DNA of 64,000 bases from Chrysomallon squamiferum (taxonomy: Eukaryota > Animalia > Mollusca): assembly GCA_012295275.1 (NCBI GenBank), contig CM022670.1, positions 12,896,001 to 12,960,000 on the forward strand, written 5' to 3'. Position numbers and translations under genes: made by a program. The notes beneath the pieces are model-generated. The model was not told the origin of the DNA, did not search any database, and was given only the letters and a program-made list of their open reading frames with translations. This document shows, in pieces, positions 52,700 to 63,896 of the stretch; within the stretch, counting starts at the first letter, position 1; each line of letters begins with the position of its first letter.

Positions 52700-53494
52700 G
52701 TAAGTTTATCTTTTACATCTCTTCATTCTCTTATATTAATTTATTAAATGGCTGAAGCATTATTAGATTGTTAAAAAAAAAAAAAAAAAAAAAAAATTAC
52801 AAATCCCTTTCAAAGATTTTTATTAGAGAAGACTAAAAATATATTCTTGTCTTTACTTATCACCACAGTGGTGCAATAATTGTTCAGTCTGTTTCTTTGT
52901 GTTTTATTGCATTTTACTTCTACAAGTCTTTGTATTAGAAATATTTTAAAATATATGTATTCACAATTGCACAAATGTGTTTATTTTGATATTATTTGCA
53001 AATATTTTTGTTCTGAACTTATCAAAACTGTGCTGTGTAGTGTGTGCATCAGTGTTTTTGTATTTATCTTATCTTGTTGCATGTGTATTATTATTGCAGA
53101 TAATTCATAAATTGTAGTAAGTTTCAAGTCTTGTTGAATTTAATGATTACCAATTTAACATTTCAGATTTATTTTATTTTATGTTAATAATTATTTGGAA
53201 TTGACTGCAAGTTCTAGTGTTTTTTTAGTTTTGTTTTTTAATAAGATTTTCAAAAAAATGTTAATCATTTTGTTACTGTTAATCATTTTGTTACTTATAT
53301 ATGTGCAAAATTATTTTTAAAACTTAAATATTTAAAGGACTACTTTTTTATTTTCTTTAGTTTGAAATGTTCCAGCTTTTTGAATATTTAAAACAAATGG
53401 TCAATAACTATACCCTAATACTGATTTTATTTATTTATTTATTTATCTTTGTATTATGAACGCTAATTCAAAAATTGATTCACATGTTCTTTAG

Positions 53495-53641
53495 GGCCGT
53501 CTTGTCGATTCTTACGACAAATTATTCCAGGAATTGAAAACAGAAATATCCAAAGTTGGAGATCTTGAACGAATACTCAAAGATGATCATCAGATTGGAG
53601 ATGAAGGATATCAAGTCAAAAGTCACCTGGAAACTCAGAAG
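53495..53641 (+). CDS. MACF1: Spectraplakin exon, start of spectrin-repeat rod
   Basis: ttag|GRLVDSYDKLFQELKTEISKVGDLERILKDDHQIGDEGYQVKSHLETQK|gtac. Confidence 0.88.
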
Positions 53642-54167
53642 GTACAAAATGAATTCTTCTTTTCTTTTTTTTTTCTTTTTTTTTTTGAATGTCTCCCACC
53701 AAAATGAGTCACACTGATGCTTCTTATGTAAGTGAAATTGAAATAATATCTGAAATATACTTGTTCCTGTGTTTTAAAAGTTTAATTTGGTTAATACAAA
53801 TTTAAATGGCTGGATGTTAGCCTGCTGAGTATGTTTTGTACTTGAATCTTTAGATCATGTTGTATAGTAGTAGTAATGTAAATATGAAATGACTTATATG
53901 CTAACTGTTGTCATGTTTAAATTCAGTTTCTTTCTTTTATGTTTCACATTAACATGTTTTGTTATTTCTGTTTTAAAGTTCAGTTAGTACTTGAACATTT
54001 TTAGCAAATCATTAAAATATTTTAGTTTAAAGCAAACAAACAAATAAGTTCTTGAAGTACTTCTTTTGTTCATATATTTTGATTTGTTGTTTAAAATTGC
54101 TGAAACAACATTTTAAACTCCTGGATTTAAAAAAGTAATTAAAGTAATTAAGTTATTGTGCACACAG

Positions 54168-54323
54168 GCTGTACATGAAGACATTATGAGTCACCAGCAG
54201 CGAATCCTGTCCCTGGTGTTCCAAGCAGAGCAGCTGACAGAGAACTACCAAGAGGAGTTAACTCCAGAACAAGTTACAGAAATACAGTCTCTAGCTACTG
54301 GTCTGAAATCTTCCCTTGAAAAG
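54168..54323 (+). CDS. MACF1: Spectraplakin exon, spectrin repeat
   Basis: cacag|AVHEDIMSHQQRILSLVFQAEQL...LKSSLEK|gtaaag. Confidence 0.9.
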
Positions 54324-54340
54324 GTAAAGTTAAAAAAAAG

Positions 54341-54371
<31 letters not shown>

Positions 54372-54671
54372 AATAATTTAATTTTAAATGAAATTACTTA
54401 AATATTCAAAACAAAATAAATTTTTGGTATGCTGAAACTCTACTAATTGCATTTTGTTTTGTTTGAGATTTAAATATGTGTTTCCTTTTTATCTTTTGGT
54501 ATTTTTGTTTTATCTTTTTTTTTTTCCCCCCATTTATTTAGTTAGTTCAGCAAGAAATGAAGAAAATTGTTTTAAAAAAAGGTTACATATAAAAAAACAA
54601 ATAAACTTGTATAAGTCAAATTATTAAAATTGTTAATTTTATCATTTATGTTTACAATAATACTCTAACAG

Positions 54672-54854
54672 GTTGTGAAAACATCGGAGAGTCGTTTGAA
54701 ACATCTGTCAACAGCAGCCGATGAAATTGAGAAGTTTGAAGATGAACTCAGCAAAATGACAACATGGCTGACTGCAGCTGAGAATGAACTGGAAAGACAA
54801 GAAGAATGTCTGAGAAGATTTGAAGATTTCAAACCACTGTCAGAAAAACAAAAG
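54672..54854 (+). CDS. MACF1: Spectraplakin exon, spectrin repeat
   Basis: aacag|VVKTSESRLKHL...MTTWLTAAENELERQE...LSEKQK|gtagc. Confidence 0.9.
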
Positions 54855-55165
54855 GTAGCAGAATCAAAAACAATTACAAAGACAGAACAGTCATTTTAAT
54901 AATAATAATTTTAAACCTTAAAATAAGAATTCAGATATATTATCTAAATTCCAAGTGTATCTATTTTATTTTTTAATCTTTTTAAGTAAGTAAATTATAG
55001 TAAGAATGAATTCTTTTCTTCCATTCATAATGTTTATTTAAAAACAAAACAAAGTATACATTTTTTCATGTAAAATTATTTAATATAACTGAGCCATTAT
55101 TATTAAAAGATAAATATTTATTTCTAATGTTGAAATATCACTACTGAAAATAAAATTATTTTTAG

Positions 55166-55249
55166 ACTCTTGTCTCTGATGTAATGGGCCACCAAGCAGA
55201 ACTACGCTTCATGTCAATGACCTCTCAGAAATTCCTGGAAGAGGCTAAA
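55166..55249 (+). CDS. MACF1: Spectraplakin exon, spectrin repeat
   Basis: ttag|TLVSDVMGHQAELRFMSMTSQKFLEEAK|gtatgt, 84 nt, phase 0-0. Confidence 0.9.
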
Positions 55250-55459
55250 GTATGTTAATTTTACTTTATTTTAATTGTTTGACAATTAAAAAGTTAGTGC
55301 AGCAACATTAATGCAGCAAGTAATAATACATTCAGTTTTATGATGCAGCAGGTAATACTTTTGACTGTGTGTATTTGTGTGTGTGTGTGTGTGTTTATTT
55401 TTAAATATATATTTTATATTGTATTGACACAATTTTTATACAATTTATTTACTTTACAG

Positions 55460-56769
55460 CTGCATAAACTTGAAGTCGACAGTTTTAAGTCTGATCGCCA
55501 AAGACCAGCCAGACTGAGTCTTATCAGTATGGAAGGTTTGGCTGCAGAGGGAGTCCGAGATAGCTTGAAAGATGTTACCACCCGATATCAGGATCTCAAA
55601 AATAGCTGTAACACATTTGGTGACAAACTAGCAGATCTGGCACTAAAACAGAGAGAATACAATGATGTAGCCTTCAAAATGCTGTCCTGGCTCACCAATG
55701 CAGAAGACAGACTGATGACCATCAAACAGGATAGTGGATCACCTGATCCTGAGATATTGGAACAGCAACTAAGCAAACTGAAAGCTCTGGGCAGTGAGGC
55801 TATTGGACAGGGCACTGTTATTGATGATCTACAGATTAAGGGACAAGACTTAACAAAAACACTGAGAGGAATTTCTGCAGACCCAGTCCAAGTTCAGAAA
55901 ATGGAGGACACTATGACTGAGATCACCAATCGACATTTATCTCTTCAGACAGACATCAGTGAACAAACCAATGCTCTTCAAGCATCCATTACTAAATCCC
56001 AAGGAGTTCATGAGGCTGTTGATGGTCTTCTGACCTGGCTTAACGATACCAATAAGACATTAAGGAATCTCCAGCCAGTGAGTCTCAACAGAGACACTCT
56101 GAACAAACAGTATCAGGATTTCCAGACAATAGCTTCTGATGTGGACCATCATAAAGCAAGCATTGCATCAGTCCAACAAACAGCCCATGATCTCATCAAG
56201 ACATGTGACCTGGAGATGGCAAGATCACTGGAACTAAGACTAGATGATGTGGATAAGCAATACAAAGATGTTCAAGAGAAGTGTAGAAATCGCAACAAAG
56301 ACCTAGAAGAGGTGTCTGAAAAACTCAGAAACTTCCAGAATCTCAAAGAAGAACACAATTCCTGGATGCAGTCAGCCATTGAGAAACTTGATTCTAAGGC
56401 TCTCAGCAAACTTCCCATAGAAGAAATGAAGAATGAAATTGAAACCATCAGTAAAGACAAGCATCACAGACAAGGTGCTGTTGCAGATCTAAAGAGAATT
56501 GGAAATGAATTGGTGAAGGATCCAAGAACAGGAGATGTGACCTCTGTCAAAGAGGGTCTCATTGGTGTGGAGAAGAACTGGAATCAGTTAGTTCAGCTCC
56601 TGGATGAGAAAAGAAAGATGCAAAAATGGTTGAGAAACAAGGCAGTGAATTTGAGAATGCCAAGACTATCATGCTGCTGTGGTTAGCTGGCATGGAAGAA
56701 CGCATTGACTGCTTTGATCCTGTTGCTATAGAAATTGATATTGTTGAAAAACAGATTTCTGAACTAGAG
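55460..56769 (+). CDS. MACF1: Spectraplakin exon, several spectrin repeats (apparent 1-nt deletion at about 56610)
   Basis: tacag|LHKLEV...MLSWLTNAE...LLTWLNDT...NWNQLVQLLDEK, then in the -1 frame KDAKMVEKQGSEFENAKTIMLLWLAGMEERIDCFDPVAIEIDIVEKQISELE|gtatg. Length 1310 nt = 3n+2. Confidence 0.88.
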
Positions 56770-57032
56770 GTATGTGTATGAATTAGGAACAGAAATATTG
56801 TCATAATCACTTTTATCAGAAATTGTTTTTGTTTTTTTTATCATAAAAGCCTTTACATGATATTTAAAAGAAAATTTGTTCAGAATTTATATAAGAAATT
56901 GAACATAAGATTTCCAGTTTCATCACTAATAATATTGTGTATGATGGAAATGTTGTTGTTGTTGTTGTTGTTGTTGTCATTGTTGTTGTCATTGATTATT
57001 GATTATTAATATTATTATGATGTTATCTCCAG

Positions 57033-57156
57033 CCTATGCTTAGAGAATATGAAGAACAGGGTGCAAAAGTTGATGAAGTGAATGACCTTGGAAATGCCCT
57101 TGAAGCTATGCAGTCTTCATCAGATCGACCTCTCAGTCCAATACGACGCTTTGGAA
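57033..57156 (+). CDS. MACF1: Spectraplakin exon, spectrin repeat and start of linker
   Basis: tccag|PMLREYEEQGAKVDEVNDLGNALEAMQSSSDRPLSPIRRFG|gtaagt, phase 0-1. Confidence 0.9.
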
Positions 57157-57643
57157 GTAAGTCTGTGTGTCTGTGTGTTTGACAGCTAGCATTGTTATAT
57201 TTCATTCCTCTTCACTTTTTCTTTCTAAATGTATATTTCTTCTTTTTAATTCTTTTAACTCTAGTTATATTTTCTGTTTTTCTCTCTTTTTGAACTCGTT
57301 TTCTCTTTTTCTTTTTCTTTCTCTTTTCCTCTTTTTTCTCAACTTTTGTGTGGTAGGTTTACATGATGTTGCATGAGTTTGTTGATGTAATTATTTTAAT
57401 GTTTATTATTTTAATTTACATTTTTAATTTTTATTATTCTTAATATTTTTAAAACTGACTTTTATTTTATTACATTTTGTTAATTATATTATTATTATCA
57501 TTATTTTTTATTTTGTGATGGTTAATAAAGAATATTAATAGTAATATTGTTCAAGGCCATATCAAACAAATTTGTAAGACATCATTTAAGATTTTCAGTT
57601 GATTTTGTGCACTGTTTGATTTGTTTTGTTTTCTGTTTGCTAG

Positions 57644-57772
57644 GGATAGGATCCCGACGTTTGCTCTCACCTCGTCTGCGCACCCCCTCCCCAACCTTCC
57701 CCACCTCTCCTTCTAGTGAGTCAAGTGGCATTAGCAGCAGAAAAAGTTCCTCTGACAACTTCCTGCTCGATG
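57644..57772 (+). CDS. MACF1: Spectraplakin exon, Ser/Pro/Arg-rich insert inside a spectrin repeat (symmetric phase 1-1)
   Basis: gctag|IGSRRLLSPRLRTPSPTFPTSPSSESSGISSRKSSSDNFLLD|gtgagt, 129 nt; second in-frame AG 6 nt downstream (57649). Confidence 0.85.
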
Positions 57773-58140
57773 GTGAGTGGGTTTGGGTGGAATTTCATGT
57801 TTTTCAATCATGTGTTTTATTATCCTTTAAAAAAAAAAAAAAAATAAAAGGTTATTTTAATAAATAATTATATGTTTATATATTCTTTTTTTTCTTTTTT
57901 TATGAAAAACTGGTTTCAGATTTTGTTTAAAAGCATTTTGTTGTTGTTGTTTTCATCATAATATTAAAAAACAACATACATGTAGACTTTCATATATTTC
58001 TTTTCTGGTCTTTTATATACCATTTGTACATTTGGCTGGAGCAGAAATTAGACCAACATATTAAATTTTCCACATTACTACATTTATTCCACATTTATTA
58101 TAATTCTACATGTTAAATTTAAAATACATTTTGTTTTCAG

Positions 58141-58376
58141 ATTTATCAGAAACTCAACAACAACTACTTGACATCAACCAGCGTTATGACATCATTGGTG
58201 AACGTCTGGCTGACAGACAGCAAGAACTTCAGAATGTGCTCAGCAGCATCAAAACCTTCCTACAGGATCTTCAGGATATGTTGTCCTGGCTGGACATCAA
58301 GGATCATGAAGCTAATGGCAACCAGTCTGTGCCCACCAGTGAGAAAGAAGCTAAGAGGAAACTGAAAGAACATGAA
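58141..58376 (+). CDS. MACF1: Spectraplakin exon, spectrin repeat
   Basis: ttcag|LSETQQQLLDINQRYDIIGERLADRQQELQ...MLSWLD...LKEHE|gtgagt. Confidence 0.92.
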
Positions 58377-58548
58377 GTGAGTAAATTCTGGTTTCGTTTT
58401 AAAAAATTTAATAGGGATTTAAATTCAGTTTTAGACAAAATGTCACTTTGCTACCTTTCTCTAAAAAAAGGCAGCATTTTATTATTATAAGTTTCTTTTT
58501 TTCTTCTTCTTTTCTTTTTTGTAATTGTTTTATGTATTTTAACTCTTG

Positions 58549-58551
58549 TAT

Positions 58552-58594
<43 letters not shown>
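58549..58594. repeat. (TTTA)n microsatellite just upstream of an acceptor
   Basis: About 11 units. Confidence 0.9.
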
Positions 58595-58607
58595 CTTGTT
58601 TATCCAG

Positions 58608-58737
58608 AAATTCCATCATGAGCTGGTAGGGAAGGAGAGTTTAGTGGAGGACATAAGAAAGAAAGCTCAACACTTACTGAGAACAAAACAAGGAGTCAAG
58701 GGATTGGACTCTCTACAGCAACAGCTCACAGACTTAG
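58608..58737 (+). CDS. MACF1: Spectraplakin exon, spectrin repeat
   Basis: tccag|KFHHELVGKESLVEDIRKKAQHLL...QQQLTDL|gtcagt. Confidence 0.9.
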
Positions 58738-59061
58738 GTCAGTTTTTCTATTAATAATTACAATTCTGTCATAGCTCTACAGCATAACGCATGCTTAACT
58801 TTTGACTGCCTAAGAACTGGTACCCATCTGTTATTATGGTCATCTTTTGTTTTAAATCAGATAGAAATTAATAGTTAATGTGACTGTTTCTTAGACAGAT
58901 TGACGTCATGTGTTCTTCTACTTTTCTTCACAGCCATCATCACTATCAACCATCATCATTAACATCATCAAAATCACCATAATCACAGTAGTTATCATTA
59001 TCACCACTGTTATCTCATCATCATCTTCAAATATGTAAATTTTTAATTTTATCTTACTTAG

Positions 59062-59261
59062 ATGATAAATGGCATGGTTTGAGAGCATCATCGGAACAGA
59101 AACGTAAAATGCTGGAGGATGTTGTCAGTGACCTTCACAACCTGAAAGAAAATGGTGAGCAGCTCAGCAAGTGGCTCACTCAGAAAGAGAAAATGATGGA
59201 TGTCCTTGGCCCAGTTGCTGTGGAACCCTCACTTATTCAGAATCAGATGGACCAAGTCAAG
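59062..59261 (+). CDS. MACF1: Spectraplakin exon, spectrin repeat
   Basis: ttag|DKWHGLRASSEQKRKML...LSKWLTQKEKMMDVLGPVAVEPSLIQNQMDQVK|gtaat; WL.QKE.M..VLGP motif typical of MACF/shot. Confidence 0.92.
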
Positions 59262-59579
59262 GTAATTTTAGATCACAGCTTTTTGGATCATGGAATTCTA
59301 GCTATATGGACATGTTATATCAATTGTACTGAGCGTCTCAAATTTTAAATGAGATGTTTATAATGTTTTAGGTGAAGAACATTTTAAAGCAAATGGGAAA
59401 CTTTAAACAAGCAGAATGTTATACATCTTTCATATCAACTGTTACTGTAGTTTATGTAAATAATTAATTTAAAAAATAAAAATAATAATAAATGTTTGTC
59501 ATAACTAAAATATTGAACAGTTATTCTTTGTATCACTATTTGAATTAAAATCTGTTTTTCCTTTTTCTTTCTTGTGCAG

Positions 59580-59912
59580 GTGCTACAAGAAGAACTGGCT
59601 AGTCAGGAGCCACTTTATGACCAGTTCTTCCAGGCTGGTCAGTCTATTCTGGACAAATGTGACCCTGACTCACGTGACAGTGCTAGTGTGAGTCGGAAGC
59701 TTGAATCTGTTGGTAAAGCTTGGGATCGGCTTCAAGCCAGATTGAAAGACAGAGAGGCCAATCTGAAATCCATGGAGAGCATGGGATCAGAATTTGCAGA
59801 TGTTTCCCAGAAGTTGAATGATAAACTGAATAAAATCAACAGCAGTCTGGAAGCTCTTCCTCCAGTGAATCCTTGTCCAGGTGGTAACAGGCAGCAGGCA
59901 AAAGAAATGATG
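59580..59912 (+). CDS. MACF1: Spectraplakin exon, spectrin repeats
   Basis: tgcag|VLQEELASQEPLYDQF...KAWDRLQARLKDRE...AKEMM|gtaagc. Confidence 0.92.
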
Positions 59913-60281
59913 GTAAGCAAGAGTTTATTTAATCTTATGTTTCTGTGGGATTCATTTCATAGTCACTGAATGTTAGTCTCAGAAAACTGAGGGAACACAT
60001 TTTAAAAAGATGAATATAATAGTGGTATCAGAATTTTTAATTAAACTAAATAAAAGAAAAAATTTAATAACCCATCATACCAATGTTATTTTTATGAGTG
60101 GCAATTAAAACTAATATAAAAGGCAGTGTCAACAAGGAGAACAGCTTCTAGTATTTAATATTGTCTGATTGTTTTGCTACTAGAGTTTTCACAAATGTCA
60201 AAGAATAATATTTGGTACTTGATATACATGGGTTAAGAATGAGTTTATGTAAAAATGTCATTCCTTTATTCTTTCTTTCAG

Positions 60282-60444
60282 AACATTGAGGAGGAATTTG
60301 CTGAAGTGATACCTTTAATAGCTCGAGCTAAAGAACTATCCAAGCAGTTGTGTGAGAAAACAAAGGACTCAGCCACCAAGTCAGAAACAAGATCAAAACT
60401 GGCTCGCTTAGAGAAATCATTTGGTGATGCTAAAAAGAAAATTG
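60282..60444 (+). CDS. MACF1: Spectraplakin exon, spectrin repeat
   Basis: ttcag|NIEEEFAEVIPLIARAKELSKQLCE...DAKKKI|gtaagt. Confidence 0.9.
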
Positions 60445-60784
60445 GTAAGTGTTATAGAATTCCTTGAATTTAAAAAAGACAACTGGTTTAGCAGGGATAA
60501 AAATTCTGACCTTTTCATTAAAAGAAAAAACCCTCTGTTTTTTTAAATGTTATTTTCTAATTCCAGATCAATTAGAAATCAGAATATATTTCTCAGGGCC
60601 TTTACTCTTGCATGAAATGTAAGACTGTCCAAAAATTATTACAGAGATTGCCAGTGTTTGGATAAAAATAAAAATATAGAAAACAAACAATTCAGGATAG
60701 AAATAAAAGTGTAAAGAAAGTAAAGGGAGACGAGATGAGACAAAAATACTGATAGGTGGTTTAACATCACGATTTTTGTCTTAG

Positions 60785-60951
60785 ATAATCGGAAATCGGC
60801 CCTGGATGCTGCTAGCAAAACAGGGGAGAAGTTTGCAGCTGACTGCGAGGAGACTTTGGGCTGGGTTAAAGATGCTGTCAGACAAGTACAAAATGGTGAA
60901 CCAATCTCAGGTGATTCCACAGCCTTGAGACATCAGGCTCAGCAACACAAG
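60785..60951 (+). CDS. MACF1: Spectraplakin exon, spectrin repeat
   Basis: ttag|NRKSALDAASKTGEKFAADCEETLGWVKD...QAQQHK|gtaat. Confidence 0.9.
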
Positions 60952-61134
60952 GTAATAATAGTGAAAACAATATTAATAATAATAATAATAATCATACATT
61001 ATTCTTGAAAATAATTGTCAATCCTCAAAAAAAAAAAAAAAATTCATTTCTTTAATAGTTTCATAATTCAGAAGTGCTGGGTTATTCTGTACTGGTGAAT
61101 ATAAATATTTCAAGTTTTAATTTGTCTATTAAAG

Positions 61135-61464
61135 GTTCTGCAACAAGATATTTCAAACAGAGAACCTGAAATCCGTGAACTACTGGATACAGGAGCCAAG
61201 ATTCTCGAAGGTGCAGCCCCATCACAGGAGACCCACCAAATGCTGGATATGTTAGAGACCATCCAGTCAGACTGGGACCATTTGAGAAATGCTGCCAAAA
61301 CCAAAGAAGAAAAATTGGCAACCACAATGGCACATGCTGAAAAATACCAGGATAATCTTGACAAGATGTTGCTGTGGTTACAACTGTCAGAGGACAAACT
61401 GAAGAAAGCTCAGCCCCAGGAATGGAATAAGGAAGCAGTTGGAAAAACTCTTAAAGAACTTCAG
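61135..61464 (+). CDS. MACF1: Spectraplakin exon, spectrin repeats
   Basis: aaag|VLQQDISNREPEIRELL...SDWDHLR...MLLWLQLSEDKL...LKELQ|gtttgt. Confidence 0.88.
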
Positions 61465-61672
61465 GTTTGTTAAATTTCCCTCTTTTTTTTCTTTTTTTTC
61501 TTTATCTTTGTATTTATTCGGTTATTATTATTTTAATTTTTAATTTTATTTTCTTTATGTGTAATTATTATTATTTTTTATTATTATTCTAATATAATAA
61601 TAAGGTTGCATTATAATTATTTGTTATAATGATTACATACATTACAAAAGAAATTTTGGAATTATATTTTAG

Positions 61673-61823
61673 GCCCTCCAGAAAGAAGTTCTCAAAAAGA
61701 CTCATGACCATGACAATCTAAACAGAGAGGGAGAGGCCCTCATTGGGTGTGTCGAAGAGGGACAACAAGATATTGAACAACAGTTGAAGAATGCCAATGA
61801 GAGATGGGAAGACTTGAACTCAG
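61673..61823 (+). CDS. MACF1: Spectraplakin exon, spectrin repeat
   Basis: ttag|ALQKEVLKKTHDHDNLNREGEALI...NERWEDLNS|gtacg. Confidence 0.9.
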
Positions 61824-62306
61824 GTACGTTTAGAAGAAGTTTAGTTTAGTGGTAGATATCAGACCTGAAAATTAATGGCTACACAATCAATCATTTGGTA
61901 CATCATTTGTGCTTTTTCACAGAGATCATAACTATATTTTCTATAAACAAAATTTAAACAATTAACCATTAATATTAAAATAATGTATTGCTACTAAATA
62001 GAATCATTTATTCACTATGGTATGTTTGCCTGTCCCTTTTAATATCACAGAAAAGAAAAATTTAAAAATAATAAAATTTACTTCAATAACATAATTCTTA
62101 CTTGTTTTTTCACCCTTACAAATAAAAATGGTTTTAACTTGATTTATTATATATATGTAATTTCATTTTTAGACTGTGAATACTTGCTGTAGCAGTTTAA
62201 ATCAAATTTAATGTTGTAACTGATAGAAAGAATATACTGTAAACCAAGATCCCTTACTTGCCATTTTTCACAAATAATAATTTGGAAATTTAAAATGTTC
62301 TTTTAG

Positions 62307-62476
62307 AAATGAGTGAACGAACTCTGGGTTTGGAAGACTTACAGCAAAGACTTGTAGAGATTAGTGACAACATCAGTGATGCCAACAGCAATCTGAAAAA
62401 ATGGGAAGACAAACTGCAAACACATCTCAGCATGGGGGCTGTATCAAAGGATCCAAAATATTACGACAAGATAAAA
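62307..62476 (+). CDS. MACF1: Spectraplakin exon, spectrin repeat
   Basis: ttag|MSERTLGLEDLQQRL...KDPKYYDKIK|gtattt. Confidence 0.88.
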
Positions 62477-62875
62477 GTATTTAATATTTCAGTATATTGT
62501 TTTCTTATTTTCTTTCTTTTTTTCAGTTTTATTTAATTTTTTTTTTTTTTGGTAATCTGAAGTATAGAACTTCTCAGAATCAAAGATCAAGTTAATATTG
62601 TGTCTTAATTTATCATTTTCTTTTCTTTTTTTCTTTTATTTATTGTTTTTACCCTCATTATAATTTTTACCTTTATTTTTATTTTTATTTAGAAACTTTG
62701 AGAATTAAGAAATATCAGTATTCAGTTTCAATTTGTAAAAGTGTTAAAAATAGTTCAAATTACATTAAATTTTTTTTTATTAAAAATGGTAATATATTAT
62801 TATTGTTGCTATATAAGATTGCATTCAATTCAGTATTTAAATTGAATTAAATTTGTATCTTTCTGTACCATTCAG

Positions 62876-63091
62876 TCAATACAAGAGGATGTATCAGGAC
62901 TCCAGTCTCAGCTTGACTACCTGGAGGCCCTCACTGACGGCATTGATGTTGATGTAGTTGATGCCTCAGGACCATCTGGTCTGCATGATGACATTTGTGC
63001 TATCAAAGACAAACAGCATCAACTACAGTCTGAGCTTGGAGAACTTCTTTCTGATATGGAGACTGGCTCACAAGTTGTTGAAGAATTCCAG
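62876..63091 (+). CDS. MACF1: Spectraplakin exon, spectrin repeat
   Basis: ttcag|SIQEDVSGLQSQLDYLEAL...VVEEFQ|gtatat. Confidence 0.88.
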
Positions 63092-63409
63092 GTATATTTT
63101 GGTTTTTGTTTCAAAATTTTATTGTTATAATATTGTAAACATTAAGTATTCATTTACTCTGATTATATATTATATTTTAGTCTTGTTATTTTGAATTTAT
63201 TTTTTTTATTTTTTTATTTTATATATAACAGCATATTTGTGTTTTGGAGGGCTTTTCTTGTTGTTTGTTTGTTTGTTGGTTTTTTGCTCTATTTTTCTTC
63301 TTTTTTTAATATTATTATTATTTTATTGTATATTTATTAATTTTTTATTAAATGTTTTATTTTTCATTTATTTTAATTTCTACTGTATTTTATGTTATTA
63401 TATTTGCAG

Positions 63410-63523
63410 AATCTCATGAAGTCAGTAGGAAATGACTTATCAGACATGGAAGATGAACTAAACAAACAAGAACCTGTAGCAAGAGATGACTACATGCTAG
63501 ACTCACAGAAAGATGAAATACAG
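63410..63523 (+). CDS. MACF1: Spectraplakin exon, spectrin repeat
   Basis: tgcag|NLMKSVGNDLSDMEDELNKQEPVARDDYMLDSQKDEIQ|gtaaa. Confidence 0.9.
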
Positions 63524-63782
63524 GTAAAAAACAGTAGTCACAGAAATCACTTTTAAACAGTAACAATATAAAAATACAAATTTGTTAACAAACCTTTTTC
63601 AATCATGCAGAGCATCAAATTAGTCCGAAAATTAGTTCATAGACGTCAATATTACATTATCCCATAATATTTTGTAGCATAAATAGATTACAAAAACAGA
63701 AAAAGGCATAAGCCACTTGTTCTTGATGTGATCTAAGGATGTTTGTATTTGAATTTAAATTAAAATTTTAAATTTATTTCAG

Positions 63783-63896
63783 GATTTCATCACTCGACTT
63801 GGAGACAAAGCTGACGACCTTGTTGAAGTAGAAAACAAAGGCAGAGAACTGGTCAAATCAGGATATGTAACAGACCCACAGAAACTACAGTCCCAG
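63783..63896 (+). CDS. MACF1: Spectraplakin exon, spectrin repeat (gene continues past the window)
   Basis: ttcag|DFITRLGDKADDLVEVENKGRELVKSGYVTDPQKLQSQ|gtaaa. Confidence 0.9.

Larger units (their letters stand above)
1..63896 (+). other. MACF1: Spectraplakin gene (MACF1/dystonin/short stop/vab-10 ortholog), partial multi-exon locus continuing beyond both window ends
   Basis: About 45 GT/GC-AG-flanked exons join in phase, apart from two 1-nt frameshifts, to give CH2 (LLLWSRR...[23 protein letters not shown]...[26 protein letters not shown]), plakin domain with SH3, plectin-repeat exons and spectrin repeats. This domain order is diagnostic of spectraplakins. Confidence 0.95.

Noticed and set aside
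45881-56620. Programmed -1 ribosomal frameshifting at the two frameshift sites
   Set aside because: No X XXY YYZ slippery heptamer in frame. A single-base homopolymer insertion restores the repeat consensus in both cases.
57300-57390. Microexon after the long pyrimidine tract ending TGGTAG
   Set aside because: No convincing donor gives a frame-preserving exon, and the phase-1 reading stops after 6 codons. Kept only as a note in the linker finding.
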